From assembly GCA_002412495.1 (NCBI GenBank), contig DHVE01000021.1:14126-78125 (forward strand): a stretch of DNA of 64,000 nt. Direction: 5' to 3'. The notes under the pieces were generated by a model. The model saw nothing but the letters and a program-made list of their open reading frames with translations. It did not search any database and was not told the DNA's origin. This DNA comes from Betaproteobacteria bacterium UBA5216 (GTDB taxonomy: Bacteria; Pseudomonadota; Gammaproteobacteria; Burkholderiales; SG8-41). Positions 1 through 9,032 of this stretch are shown here, one piece after another (position 1 is the first letter of the stretch; each line of letters opens with the position of its first letter). Position numbers and translations under genes: made by a program.

Positions 1-192
1 GAGCGCATTTGCGCGGGCGCGCCGTTGGTCGCGCGCTGGCATAAACAATTTATCCGGCGGCTTACGCCGCATGCCGAACCGCTCACACAAAAAGAAATCG
101 ACGCGAGCTTCGCGTATTTCGATACCGATGATTTCCGTATCGGTTACGCGGCGTTCTTGCAAAAGCAACCCCCCAAATTTACTGGTCGATAG
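1..192 (+). CDS. Enoyl-CoA hydratase/isomerase family protein, C-terminal fragment (5' end outside window)
   Basis: Frame +1 from base 1 reads ERICAGAPLVARWHKQFIRR...DTDDFRIGYAAFLQKQPPKFTGR*, a typical crotonase C-terminus. Confidence 0.8.
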   Translation, partial: ERICAGAPLVARWHKQFIRRLTPHAEPLTQKEIDASFAYFDTDDFRIGYAAFLQKQPPKFTGR

Positions 193-300
193 GGCATAAG
201 CAATTGTTTTTAAATAAAAAAATGGCTTGTAGTATACTCGTGCTCCAGCCGGTGACGCACGCATAGCCGTACTAAGAATTTAATGCCCGGAGGAGTGTTC

Positions 301-1278
301 ATGAAAATTCAATCAGCGATGGCGCTTGCCGCCACGGCGGTATTGGCCGCCCACGCGACGCACACTTGGGCGCAAGAGTGGCCTGCCAAGGCGATCACGC
401 TGGTGGTGCCGTTTCCTGCAGGCGGCGGCACCGATGCGTTCGCGCGTCCTCTGTCGGCGATATTGTCCAAACAGCTTGGCCGGCAGATCGTCAACGATAA
501 CCGCGGCGGCGCGGGCGGCAACCTCGGCGCGGGCATCGCGGCGCGCGCGCCCAAGGATGGCTACACCTATTTCATGGGTGCGGTGCATCACGCGATCGCG
601 CCCAGTGTGTACAAAAAACTCGACTACAGCCTGGAAAAGGATTTCGCGCCGCTCGCAGTGGTGGCGGTGGTGCCGCAGGTGATCGTGATCACACCCAAGC
701 GCATCAAGGAAACCGATCTCGCGTCGTTCATCACGTTGGCGAAAAAAAATCCTGGCAAGCTGAACTACGCCTCGGCGGGCAGCGGTACCTCGCATCATCT
801 CGCGGGTGAGTTGTTCAAGATCGCGGCGGGCGTGAACATTACGCACGTACCCCACAAGGGCGCCGGGCCCGCATTGCAGGATCTATTAAGCGGGCAGCAA
901 GTAGACGTGATGTTTGATGGCTTGGGCTCGTCGGCGCAGCACATCAAGGGCGGTTTGTTGATGCCTCTGGCAATGGCCTCGAAAACGCGTTCGGCCGCGT
1001 TTCCGTATGTGCCAACAGCCGCAGAGGCGGGCTTGCCCGGATATGAAGTCTCGACGTGGTACGCGCTGTGGGCTGTTGCGGGAACGCCTGCGGCGATTAA
1101 CGATCGTGTGGTCGCCGAGACCGCCAAGGCGCTGGCTTCCAGCGAATTGAAAACCATCTGGGCGCAGCAGGGCGCGACACTCGGACCGGCAAACCCGAAG
1201 GAGATGGCGCCCTTTGTCAGCAGCGAAATCGCCAAGTGGGCCAAGGTGGCAAAGAGCGCCAATATACAAGTGGATTAG
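301..1278 (+). CDS. Tripartite tricarboxylate transporter substrate-binding protein (TctC/Bug)
   Basis: Signal peptide; PFPAGGGTD, NRGGAGGNLG, YASAGSGT, HVPHKGAGP motifs; GGAG SD before ATG 301. Confidence 0.93.
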   Translation: MKIQSAMALAATAVLAAHATHTWAQEWPAKAITLVVPFPAGGGTDAFARPLSAILSKQLGRQIVNDNRGGAGGNLGAGIAARAPKDGYTYFMGAVHHAIAPSVYKKLDYSLEKDFAPLAVVAVVPQVIVITPKRIKETDLASFITLAKKNPGKLNYASAGSGTSHHLAGELFKIAAGVNITHVPHKGAGPALQDLLSGQQVDVMFDGLGSSAQHIKGGLLMPLAMASKTRSAAFPYVPTAAEAGLPGYEVSTWYALWAVAGTPAAINDRVVAETAKALASSELKTIWAQQGATLGPANPKEMAPFVSSEIAKWAKVAKSANIQVD

Positions 1279-1312
1279 TGAATTAGGATTCGATTCGTTA
1301 GCAGCGCGGCTC

Positions 1313-1418
1313 AAGGGAACCCCTTCCCCTTCAGGGGGAAGGTGGGGATGGGGGTGGGGTAGATTTGGCGGACCCCATCCCCACCCTAGCCCTCCCCTTG
1401 AAGGGGAGGGAGTCCTTT
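1313..1418. repeat. REP/REPIN-like doublet, CCCTCCCC..GGGGAGGG family
   Basis: Two inverted G/C-rich hairpin units (ccttcccct tcagggggaagg / ccctccccttgaaggggaggg); near copy at 12091-12200. Confidence 0.8.
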
Positions 1419-1465
1419 GAGATGCGATCAACTATACATTACGCAACATCACTCAGGAAACCAGC

Positions 1466-2689
1466 ATGTCAGGACCGTTATCACACATCAAAGTACTCGA
1501 CCTCTCGCGCGTGCTCGCCGGCCCATGGACGGCGCAAAATCTCGCCGACCTCGGCGCCGAAGTCATCAAAGTGGAGCGCCCCGGCAAGGGCGACGATTCG
1601 CGCGCCTATGCGCCGCCGTTTCTGAAAGACGAGCAGGGCAACGAGACCAGGGAGTCCGCGTATTTCTGCGCCGCTAATCGCGGCAAAAAATCCATCACCG
1701 TTAATCTTAGCAAGCCCGAAGGCCAACAACTGGTACGCGAACTGGCGACGCGCTGCGATGTGCTGGTGGAAAATTACAAGGTGGGTGATCTCGCGCGTTA
1801 CGGTTTGGGATACGAGGATTTGAAAAAACTCAATCCCGGTTTGATCTATTGCTCCGTCACCGGCTTCGGCCAGACCGGCCCGTATAAAGACCGGCCCGGC
1901 TACGACTTCATGGCGCAAGGTATGGGCGGGCTGATGAGCATTACCGGCGAGGCCGACGGCCTGCCCGGCGCGGGCCCGCAGCGCGTGGGCATACCCATCA
2001 TCGACATGACCACCGGCATGTACGCCACCATCGCCATCTGCGCGGCCATCGCGCATCGCGCGGTGAGTGGCAAGGGCCAATGGATCGATGTCGCGCTGCT
2101 CGACACCACCGTGGCGTTTCTGGCCAATCAGGCGATGAATTATTTCGCCACCGGCGAATCCCCCAAGCGCATCGGCAACGCGCATCCGAACATCGTGCCG
2201 TATCAAACGTTTAAAACCCAGGACGGCGCGGTGATTTTGGCCTGCGGCAACGACAACCTGTTCAATAAATTCTGCGAAGCGGCCGGCTGCACGGATTTAC
2301 TGAAGAACCCGATCTTCGCCACCAACGGCGACCGCGTGAAAAACCGCGTCGAAGTCACGCGCATCCTGAACGAGATTTTTGAAAAGCGCACCACGGCGGC
2401 GTGGGTTAAGCTCCTGGACGACGCCGGCGTCGCCAACGGCCCCATCAATACCATCGCCGAGGTCTTCAAAGAACCGCAAGTGATCGCACGTGGCCTGAAA
2501 ATCGAACTGCCACACGCGGTGGCGGGCAAAGTTCCGCTGGTGGCCAGCCCTATGCGTTTTTCGGAAACGCCGATCAAACACGAAATCCCGCCGCCTGCGG
2601 TAGGGCAGCATACGGATGAGATTCTGCGTGGGGTGCTGAAGAAAACGGATGCGGAGATTGCGGGGTTGCGTGGCGGCGGCGTGGTTTAG
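1466..2689 (+). CDS. CaiB/BaiF family (class III) CoA-transferase
   Basis: DLSRVLAGP, LADLGAEVIKVE, NRGKKS, GFGQTGP, GYD motifs; catalytic Asp region PIIDMTTG. Confidence 0.95.
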   Translation: MSGPLSHIKVLDLSRVLAGPWTAQNLADLGAEVIKVERPGKGDDSRAYAPPFLKDEQGNETRESAYFCAANRGKKSITVNLSKPEGQQLVRELATRCDVLVENYKVGDLARYGLGYEDLKKLNPGLIYCSVTGFGQTGPYKDRPGYDFMAQGMGGLMSITGEADGLPGAGPQRVGIPIIDMTTGMYATIAICAAIAHRAVSGKGQWIDVALLDTTVAFLANQAMNYFATGESPKRIGNAHPNIVPYQTFKTQDGAVILACGNDNLFNKFCEAAGCTDLLKNPIFATNGDRVKNRVEVTRILNEIFEKRTTAAWVKLLDDAGVANGPINTIAEVFKEPQVIARGLKIELPHAVAGKVPLVASPMRFSETPIKHEIPPPAVGQHTDEILRGVLKKTDAEIAGLRGGGVV

Positions 2690-2722
2690 GCGAGCATCAA
2701 GAGGGGCACGCGCACAAATTCT

Positions 2723-2748
2723 GTCATTCCCGCGCGGGCGGGAATCCA
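2723..2748. repeat. GTCATTCCCGCG-N-GCGGGAATCCA palindrome (dRS3-like REP)
   Basis: gtcattcccgcgcgggcgggaatcca, ATTCCC-N8-GGGAAT core, between convergent genes. Confidence 0.7.
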
Positions 2749-2783
2749 TAACGCAGCCTCACTATTGCGAGGCGGGTTGAAGA

Positions 2784-3647
2784 TCAGTTTTTTGAAATAC
2801 GGGCCGTCTCGGGACTTTTCTTTTTAGGCTTTTTCTTCACGGTAACCGTTTTTTTCTTGCGGGCAGCCAGCTTCTTTTTCGCCCGCGGTTTCCTGACGTC
2901 GGCAACCGACCTGATCGGCGCCGCGGCCGTGGCAACCTCCGCCATCTCAATACCAAATATCCCCGCGACCTTCGCGTCGTCGATTACCTTGCCGCTGCCG
3001 CGCGCCGGCTTCGGCAACGCCAGCCCCGCGTCCGCTCGGGCGACGAGGCCTTTCGCGTCTACCTTGCGCAGGGTGAATAGCAATTCGGGCTTTTCATCCA
3101 GGCGCACGCCGACGCCGTAGAATACGGCGGCGATGTGTTTGCACATCCCCGCCCAGTCCAGACAACTGCAATCGAAGGTGATTTCCCTAGGCGCTGGAAA
3201 AAGCCCTGTTCCTGGCCGGCAGATGCGTTCCATCACGCTCTTGGATAACCGCCCTTGCAGCAGTTCGACCAGCGAGTCGATGGATCCGGCACAGTCGGCG
3301 CCGATTGCCTGCCACTGTCTTTTTGGCACGGTGGCGATATTCACTCTGATCTGGTAAAGATCGGAGCCCATTACTTGCGCCGTTATCTCGCCTGCGCCGA
3401 TATTCAAATCGATCACCGAACCATTGCGCAGGTAGGTGCGCCCGCGTGGCAAACGGTTCTCGAAATCACTGTAACGTTCGAGATTTTCGCACCAGGATTT
3501 GCCCCAGAATGTCTTGGCGATGGCGCCGCGTTCGGCGCTCACGGGTGAGAGCGACTGGCCTTTCTTCTTCATGCGCGCCGCGATGCCTTCGGCCTTCTTC
3601 CGGCGCGCGGCGACTGAAAGGTAAGGCTTCCATCCGTAGTAGAACAT
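2784..3647 (-). CDS. SWIM zinc-finger protein with Lys-rich C-terminal tail
   Basis: TFWGKSW, NRLPRGRTY.RNGSV and CSCLDWAGMCKH (CxC-x5-CxH) motifs. Confidence 0.9.
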   Translation of the reverse strand: MFYYGWKPYLSVAARRKKAEGIAARMKKKGQSLSPVSAERGAIAKTFWGKSWCENLERYSDFENRLPRGRTYLRNGSVIDLNIGAGEITAQVMGSDLYQIRVNIATVPKRQWQAIGADCAGSIDSLVELLQGRLSKSVMERICRPGTGLFPAPREITFDCSCLDWAGMCKHIAAVFYGVGVRLDEKPELLFTLRKVDAKGLVARADAGLALPKPARGSGKVIDDAKVAGIFGIEMAEVATAAAPIRSVADVRKPRAKKKLAARKKKTVTVKKKPKKKSPETARISKN

Positions 3648-3674
3648 CTGCGATTCTCCTTCGCGCGATGACGA

Positions 3675-6377
3675 TCATGATTCCACGCGCGCGGTGTGTA
3701 TGTCGAGCGCCACCAAATCGAGCAGTTCCTTGTCGCTCATCTCCGTCAGGCGCAGTTCCGCGCCGTCTCCCAGCAGGTTGCGCACAAGTTGCTGTTTGGA
3801 TTCAATCAGTTGGTCTATCTTGTCTTCGACCGTGCCCTGGCATATAAATTTATGCACCAGAATGTTTTTCCGTTGGCCAATGCGAAACGCGCGATCGGTG
3901 GCCTGGTTTTCCACCGCTGGATTCCACCAGCGGTCAAAATGCACCACGTGCGCCGCCGCCGTCAGGTTCAGTCCCGCGCCGCCAGCTTTTAATGAGAGTA
4001 CAAAAAACGGCGCGAGTTCGTCCTCCTGGAAGCGCCTGACCAGTTCGCGGCGCTTGGCGACTGGCGTGCCCCCATGTAGTACCAATCCCTCGCGGCCGAA
4101 CACCGAACCGAGGAACGCGGCAATCGGCGCGGTGGCTTCGCGAAACTGCGTGAACACCAGCACCTTCTCCTGCTTGGCGGCGATTACTTCGGCGATTTCG
4201 CGAAGGCGGGCGAACTTGCCGCTATCGGCTTCGGCCCACGCGGCATCGCCCAGCCATTGCGACGGGTGATTGCAGATTTGCTTGAAGCGCATCAGAAACC
4301 GCAGTACCACGCCTTTGCGTTTGATGCCCTCGGCCTCCTCCGCCAGTTGCGCGGCCAACTCTTTCACCGCGTGCTGATAGAGCGCCGCCTGTGCGGGGCT
4401 GAGATGGCAATAGGCCTTGAGTTCGGTCTTGTCCGGCAGGTCCGCGATCACGGATTTGTCGGTTTTAAGGCGCCGCAGAATATAGGGACGCACCAGATTG
4501 CGCAGCGGGCGATAGTGTTCGCTGGTGGTCAAACCCTTGGCGAACGTTGTGAACGCCTTGCCGGAATCGAGCAGACCGGGATGGGTGAAATCAAATATAG
4601 ACCACAGATCCGAGAGGCGATTTTCCACCGGTGTGCCGGTGAGCGCGATGCGCGAACGTGCCTTGAGTTTTTTCGTCAGCCGGGTTTGTTTCGCCCCCGG
4701 ATTCTTGATTGCCTGCGCCTCATCCAACACCGCCAGCCGCCACTGAAACGATTCCATCCACGGCGCACGCAATAGGGTGCCGTAACTGGTGATCACCAGA
4801 TCCACATTGGCAAGGCGCTCGCCATCCAGTGAGCGCAACTCGTCCGCGGGCATCGCCGACGGGTGCGCAATCAGCGCATTCAAACTTGGCGCGAAGCGTT
4901 CAATCTCCGACACCCAGTTCGCGAGCAACGACGCGGGGGCGACCAGCAGGCTGGTGCGTCTACCGGTTTGATCCTCACGTTTCAGCACCAGCAGCAGCGT
5001 CAATATTTGAATGGTCTTCCCCAGCCCCATGTCGTCGGCGAGACAAGCGCCGAGGCCGAGCCGGTATAACAAGTAAAGCCATCGCACGCCCGCCTGCTGA
5101 TAAGGGCGCAACGTGCCCTTGAGTTCAGTGCCGGGCTCCACCTGCGCCAGCCCTTCCGGCCCGCGCAGACCTTTCAGCGTCTCGGCGAGCCATGGGCCGG
5201 CGACGACTGTTGACCAGTCGGGATCGGCAGCGGCTTCTTCCGTGACGGTAGCCCCCGCGACCAACCGCATTGCTTCGGCGAAGGCAAGGCCACCCTCGGC
5301 GGCCGCCTGCTCGATGGCATGAAAGCAATCGAGCAGGCGGGTTAGCTTCGTGCGATCGACCTCGACCCAGTGTCCGCGCAGGAACTGCAAGCCGTCGGAG
5401 CCCGCGAGCAGTTTTCTTATTTCTGCCGCTGTGAGGCGCTCGCCGTCGAGCGTGAGTGCCATGCTGAAGTCGAGCAGCGCATCCTTGCCCAGCAGCGACG
5501 GCGCCTTACCGCCCACGGTAGCCCTGACTTGCGGGCGTAGGGGCCGGCCCGAACGCCACGCGCCCGGCGCGCGCACCACCACGCCCGCTGCTTCGAGCCG
5601 CGGTACGTCGGTGAGAAACTGATAGGCCTCGGTGGGCGTCCAGCGTAACGGATGATAGATTTCGCCGGTATCCACCATCGCGCGCAGCCAGGCGCATTGC
5701 GCCGCCGCGCGCTGTACCGGCATCAATAGCGACAGGAGCCGAGCTTTATTTTTCCCGCCGGAATATCCACGCAGCGCCTGTCCCAGCGGCAGGTGCTGCG
5801 CTTTCGCCTGCGCCGACAGGCGCGGGGTGTAGGTGGCGATAAAGGCGAACGGCGCTTCGTCGTCGCCGCGATTCTCGGCGAGATTGAAATGCACGCGGCC
5901 CACGAGATTCCACGCCGCATGGCGCGCATTGAGAAATTCCTGTGGCGACTGTTTGGCCTGCGCCAGCTCGACACGGAACGCCGCGTCCAGTTGCTCCCAC
6001 AGAGCGCACAACACCCCTGCGGTGAGATATTCAACGCCGGTCATCGGCGGCGCATCCGACGCCAGTAATTCGAGTTCGCTCGGCGGTGGCGCGGCGATAG
6101 GGACAGCACTGGCTTCGGCCATCTCCGGCGCGGCGGGTGCGGCGCAAAGCACCGTGACATAGCGCGCGCCGAAATCGCGCCAGTAACCCAACGCTGGCGG
6201 TAGCGCACTGCCGACCTCGCTCGCGCCCAGTTGCAACAGCGCATGGCCCGCGCCGCGCGCACTGGCGGCCCTCAATCGCTCCTGCAGCGCCGGCCCGAGT
6301 GGCGGCGCGCCCGTCTCCGGCGCAAACAGCAGATGTCCCCGCGGCGTGAGTAGCGGAGCGAGAGGAGTGGTCATCAT
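3675..6377 (-). CDS. SNF2-family (SWI2/SNF2) ATPase/helicase
   Basis: LRPYQ, ADDMGLGKT, DEAQ, TGTPVEN, LRRLK, GLNLT, WWNPAVENQATDRAFRIGQ. Confidence 0.95.
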   Translation of the reverse strand: MMTTPLAPLLTPRGHLLFAPETGAPPLGPALQERLRAASARGAGHALLQLGASEVGSALPPALGYWRDFGARYVTVLCAAPAAPEMAEASAVPIAAPPPSELELLASDAPPMTGVEYLTAGVLCALWEQLDAAFRVELAQAKQSPQEFLNARHAAWNLVGRVHFNLAENRGDDEAPFAFIATYTPRLSAQAKAQHLPLGQALRGYSGGKNKARLLSLLMPVQRAAAQCAWLRAMVDTGEIYHPLRWTPTEAYQFLTDVPRLEAAGVVVRAPGAWRSGRPLRPQVRATVGGKAPSLLGKDALLDFSMALTLDGERLTAAEIRKLLAGSDGLQFLRGHWVEVDRTKLTRLLDCFHAIEQAAAEGGLAFAEAMRLVAGATVTEEAAADPDWSTVVAGPWLAETLKGLRGPEGLAQVEPGTELKGTLRPYQQAGVRWLYLLYRLGLGACLADDMGLGKTIQILTLLLVLKREDQTGRRTSLLVAPASLLANWVSEIERFAPSLNALIAHPSAMPADELRSLDGERLANVDLVITSYGTLLRAPWMESFQWRLAVLDEAQAIKNPGAKQTRLTKKLKARSRIALTGTPVENRLSDLWSIFDFTHPGLLDSGKAFTTFAKGLTTSEHYRPLRNLVRPYILRRLKTDKSVIADLPDKTELKAYCHLSPAQAALYQHAVKELAAQLAEEAEGIKRKGVVLRFLMRFKQICNHPSQWLGDAAWAEADSGKFARLREIAEVIAAKQEKVLVFTQFREATAPIAAFLGSVFGREGLVLHGGTPVAKRRELVRRFQEDELAPFFVLSLKAGGAGLNLTAAAHVVHFDRWWNPAVENQATDRAFRIGQRKNILVHKFICQGTVEDKIDQLIESKQQLVRNLLGDGAELRLTEMSDKELLDLVALDIHTARVES

Positions 6378-6527
6378 TCGCTAATCAATTTCACCGGCCA
6401 TTACAATGCGCGAATGAAAAGCCGGCGGGGATGTCAATGCGCGTCACGAAAATCACCGAATGACTCGATGGAATGCGCGGATTGTATTAGAGTCCGCACT
6501 CATTTACAGATTTCGGAATAAGCGGTC

Positions 6528-7496
6528 ATGCGACTCGGCGTGTTGTTGCCCCATCGGGGTGTGATTCTGCAATCGGCGCGGCGTCCGCCGGTGGAAGACT
6601 GCTGGACCATCGCGCGGCTGTGCGACGACGCCGGCATGGATGTGTGGGTGGGCGACAGCGTGGTGGCGAAGCCGCGTCTGGAGCCGTTGACCACACTCGC
6701 CTATGTGGCGGCGATGACCAAGCGTGCGCGGCTGGGCACGGCGATTTTGCTGCCCGCGCTGCGTCAGCCCACCGTGCTTGCGCATCAGCTCGCCAACCTC
6801 GATCAGATATCGCAGGGGCGGCTGGTGCTGGGCTTGGGCGTGGGTTGGGGCATGCCGGCCATCGTGCGCGAGTGGGAGGCCTGCGGCCAAAGCCACAAGC
6901 GCCGCGTGAAAGACCTCGAAGAGCACATGGCCGTGTGGCGCATGTTGTGGAGCGGCAAGCCAGTGTCGTACGAAGGCAACGGTTTCAAGCTCACCGAACA
7001 CACCATCGGCCCGCTGCCGTGGAACGAGGCAGGCCCGCCATTGCTCGTCACCGCCGGCAATCGCGGCGAGATGATTCCGGCGCAGATCGAGCGCGTCGGC
7101 AAATTCGGCGATGGCGTGATTACCACCTACGTGAACGAAGACGATATTCGTCAGTTGCGCGTGGTGTGCTCGGAGGCGATGGCAAAACATGAACGTGCGC
7201 GACCGGATTTTCCGATGTGCGTTTACACCACCATACGCATGGAAAACGATGTCTCCAAAGCCGAGGCGCTGACGAACGCGTTTCTCGAAAAGTACTACGG
7301 TGGCGGCGTGAATTTCCGTGGCATGATGGGCTTGGGGCCCGCCTCGGCGGTGATCGACGTGCTCAAGCGCTACGAAGCGGCGGGCGTGACGGATCTGTGC
7401 ATCCGGCTGGTGGGTGACGATCAGGTGGCGCAGTTGCAGCAGTTCATTGCCGAGGTGCTGCCGGCGATGAATAAAAAAAATAGCGGTTTATACTAA
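6528..7496 (+). CDS. Luciferase-like (LLM) flavin/deazaflavin-dependent oxidoreductase
   Basis: VWVGDS, EPLTTLAYVAA, LGTAILLP, LDQISQGRLVLGLGVG. Confidence 0.9.
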   Translation: MRLGVLLPHRGVILQSARRPPVEDCWTIARLCDDAGMDVWVGDSVVAKPRLEPLTTLAYVAAMTKRARLGTAILLPALRQPTVLAHQLANLDQISQGRLVLGLGVGWGMPAIVREWEACGQSHKRRVKDLEEHMAVWRMLWSGKPVSYEGNGFKLTEHTIGPLPWNEAGPPLLVTAGNRGEMIPAQIERVGKFGDGVITTYVNEDDIRQLRVVCSEAMAKHERARPDFPMCVYTTIRMENDVSKAEALTNAFLEKYYGGGVNFRGMMGLGPASAVIDVLKRYEAAGVTDLCIRLVGDDQVAQLQQFIAEVLPAMNKKNSGLY

Positions 7497-7498
7497 AA

Positions 7499-7586
7499 CC
7501 CCCCTCACCCTCGTCCCCTCTCCCGGAGGGCGAGGGGTGAAAAGCCCTTCTCCCGCCGGGAGAAGGGTGGGGATGAGGGAAGGGGC
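7499..7586. repeat. REP-like doublet, CCCTCTCCC..GGGAGAGGG family
   Basis: ccctcaccctcgtcccctctcccggagggcgagggg followed by inverted cccttctcccgccgggagaagggtggggatgaggg. Confidence 0.75.
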
Positions 7587-7598
7587 TTAAACAACCAA

Positions 7599-8576
7599 AT
7601 GAAAATCGTGAAGCTAAATTTACTGGTATGCCCGCTGACGTTCGCTGCAACGTTATTCAGTGCCAACACCACCATCGCCCAAACCTACCCGACCAAACCC
7701 ATCCGCCTGATAGTGGCGTTCGCGCCCGGCGGCGCCACCGACACCTTCGCGCGCATCACGGCCGCCGAGTTGACGCGAACGCTGGGCCAGCAAGTCGTCG
7801 TTGAAAATCGTCCCGGCGCGGGCACCACCATCGCGGCGGAGTTCGTCGCCAAGTCGGCTGCCGATGGTTATACGCTGCTGCTCACCGATTTATCCACGCA
7901 CGCCATCATGCCGTCGCTCTACACCAAACTTGGTTTTAACCACGGCCGCGATCTGATTGCCGTGGCGCCGGTGTCGGCTTCGCCGCTGATCATGGCGGCG
8001 CATCCGTCGCTGGGCGCGAAAAACGCGAAGGAACTGATCGCGCTGGCGAAGAAAAATCCCGGCATCACCTGCGGGAATTCCGGCGCAGGCACGGTCACGC
8101 ATCTGGCCGCCGAAAAGTTCCGCACGCGCGCGGGCATCGATTTGTTGTCCGTGAATTACAAGGGAGGCACCACCTCCACCGTGTCGCTGATGACCGGCGA
8201 GTTGTCGCTGATCGTCAACACCATCCCCGCCGTGCTCGAACATGTGAAAAGCAAAAAACTCGTCGCCATCGGCCTCACCGCCGACAAGCGCGCGACGGCC
8301 TTGCCCGATATCCCCGCGCTCGGCGAAACGGTGAAGGGCGTCGATGCCGCGGTGATCGCCGGCGTGCTCGCACCCGGCAACACGCCGCGCGCAATCATTG
8401 ATCGGCTGAACGCCGAGTTTGCCAAGGCGGTGGATGCGCCCAAGGCGAAGGAGGTTTTTCTGGTGAATGCCGCTGAGGCGCTGAAGCAGACGCCGGAGGT
8501 TATGCAGCGCGCGCTGGAGCAGGATGCGAAGACGTGGGCGGAGGTGGTGAAGGTTACGGGCGTGAAGCTAAACTGA
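7599..8576 (+). CDS. TctC/Bug substrate-binding protein
   Basis: YPTKPIRLIVAFAPGGATD, VENRPGAG, YKGG. Confidence 0.93.
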   Translation: MKIVKLNLLVCPLTFAATLFSANTTIAQTYPTKPIRLIVAFAPGGATDTFARITAAELTRTLGQQVVVENRPGAGTTIAAEFVAKSAADGYTLLLTDLSTHAIMPSLYTKLGFNHGRDLIAVAPVSASPLIMAAHPSLGAKNAKELIALAKKNPGITCGNSGAGTVTHLAAEKFRTRAGIDLLSVNYKGGTTSTVSLMTGELSLIVNTIPAVLEHVKSKKLVAIGLTADKRATALPDIPALGETVKGVDAAVIAGVLAPGNTPRAIIDRLNAEFAKAVDAPKAKEVFLVNAAEALKQTPEVMQRALEQDAKTWAEVVKVTGVKLN

Positions 8577-8591
8577 GAATCGATTCAAAAA

Positions 8592-9020
8592 ATGGCGTTC
8601 GAGCGCGTTTATACGATCTGGGATTACTACGATGGTCCGCGTTCGGGGATTGCCAACGTCAATGGTCAACCTCACTACTACGATTGTGAATGGAGTGATG
8701 AGCAGGATGATTTTGCCAACACCTTTCTTGTCGTTCCAGTCGATGAGGAGAAGTTAGCTATTGCATTGAAAGATTGGGAAAGCTGGCGGAAGTGGGAGTT
8801 TGCATTCCATCGCGGAGAACTCGATTTGTCCACACATCCCGTCAATGTTACTGGGGTGCCGTCCCATGCTTCGTTTGAGGCGGAGTTTCGTTCAAAGATT
8901 GATGTATTGCGTGCGAACAGTGTTCGATTACATGCGCAATTTCGCGCGCTTCCAGGGCAAGACGAATTACCTCAAGGCGTTATGCGAGCGCTTGAGGTCG
9001 AATGGACGTCTTGTGCATAG
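8592..9020 (+). CDS. Hypothetical protein, lower GC than neighbours
   Basis: 142-aa ORF filling the gap between tctC and fbiC; N-terminal WDYYDGPRSGIA. Confidence 0.7.
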   Translation: MAFERVYTIWDYYDGPRSGIANVNGQPHYYDCEWSDEQDDFANTFLVVPVDEEKLAIALKDWESWRKWEFAFHRGELDLSTHPVNVTGVPSHASFEAEFRSKIDVLRANSVRLHAQFRALPGQDELPQGVMRALEVEWTSCA

Positions 9021-9032
9021 GCTCTATATTCC

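Noticed and set aside
886-1431. ORFs containing PSPSRGGLGWGWG / PHPHPSPP (also 1214-1420, 11339-12202, 12009-12575)
   Set aside because: These are translations of the REP elements overlapping real genes
7473-7480. A8 homopolymer near the LLM 3' end as a phase-variation tract
   Set aside because: It lies in the last few codons, so slippage would barely change the protein
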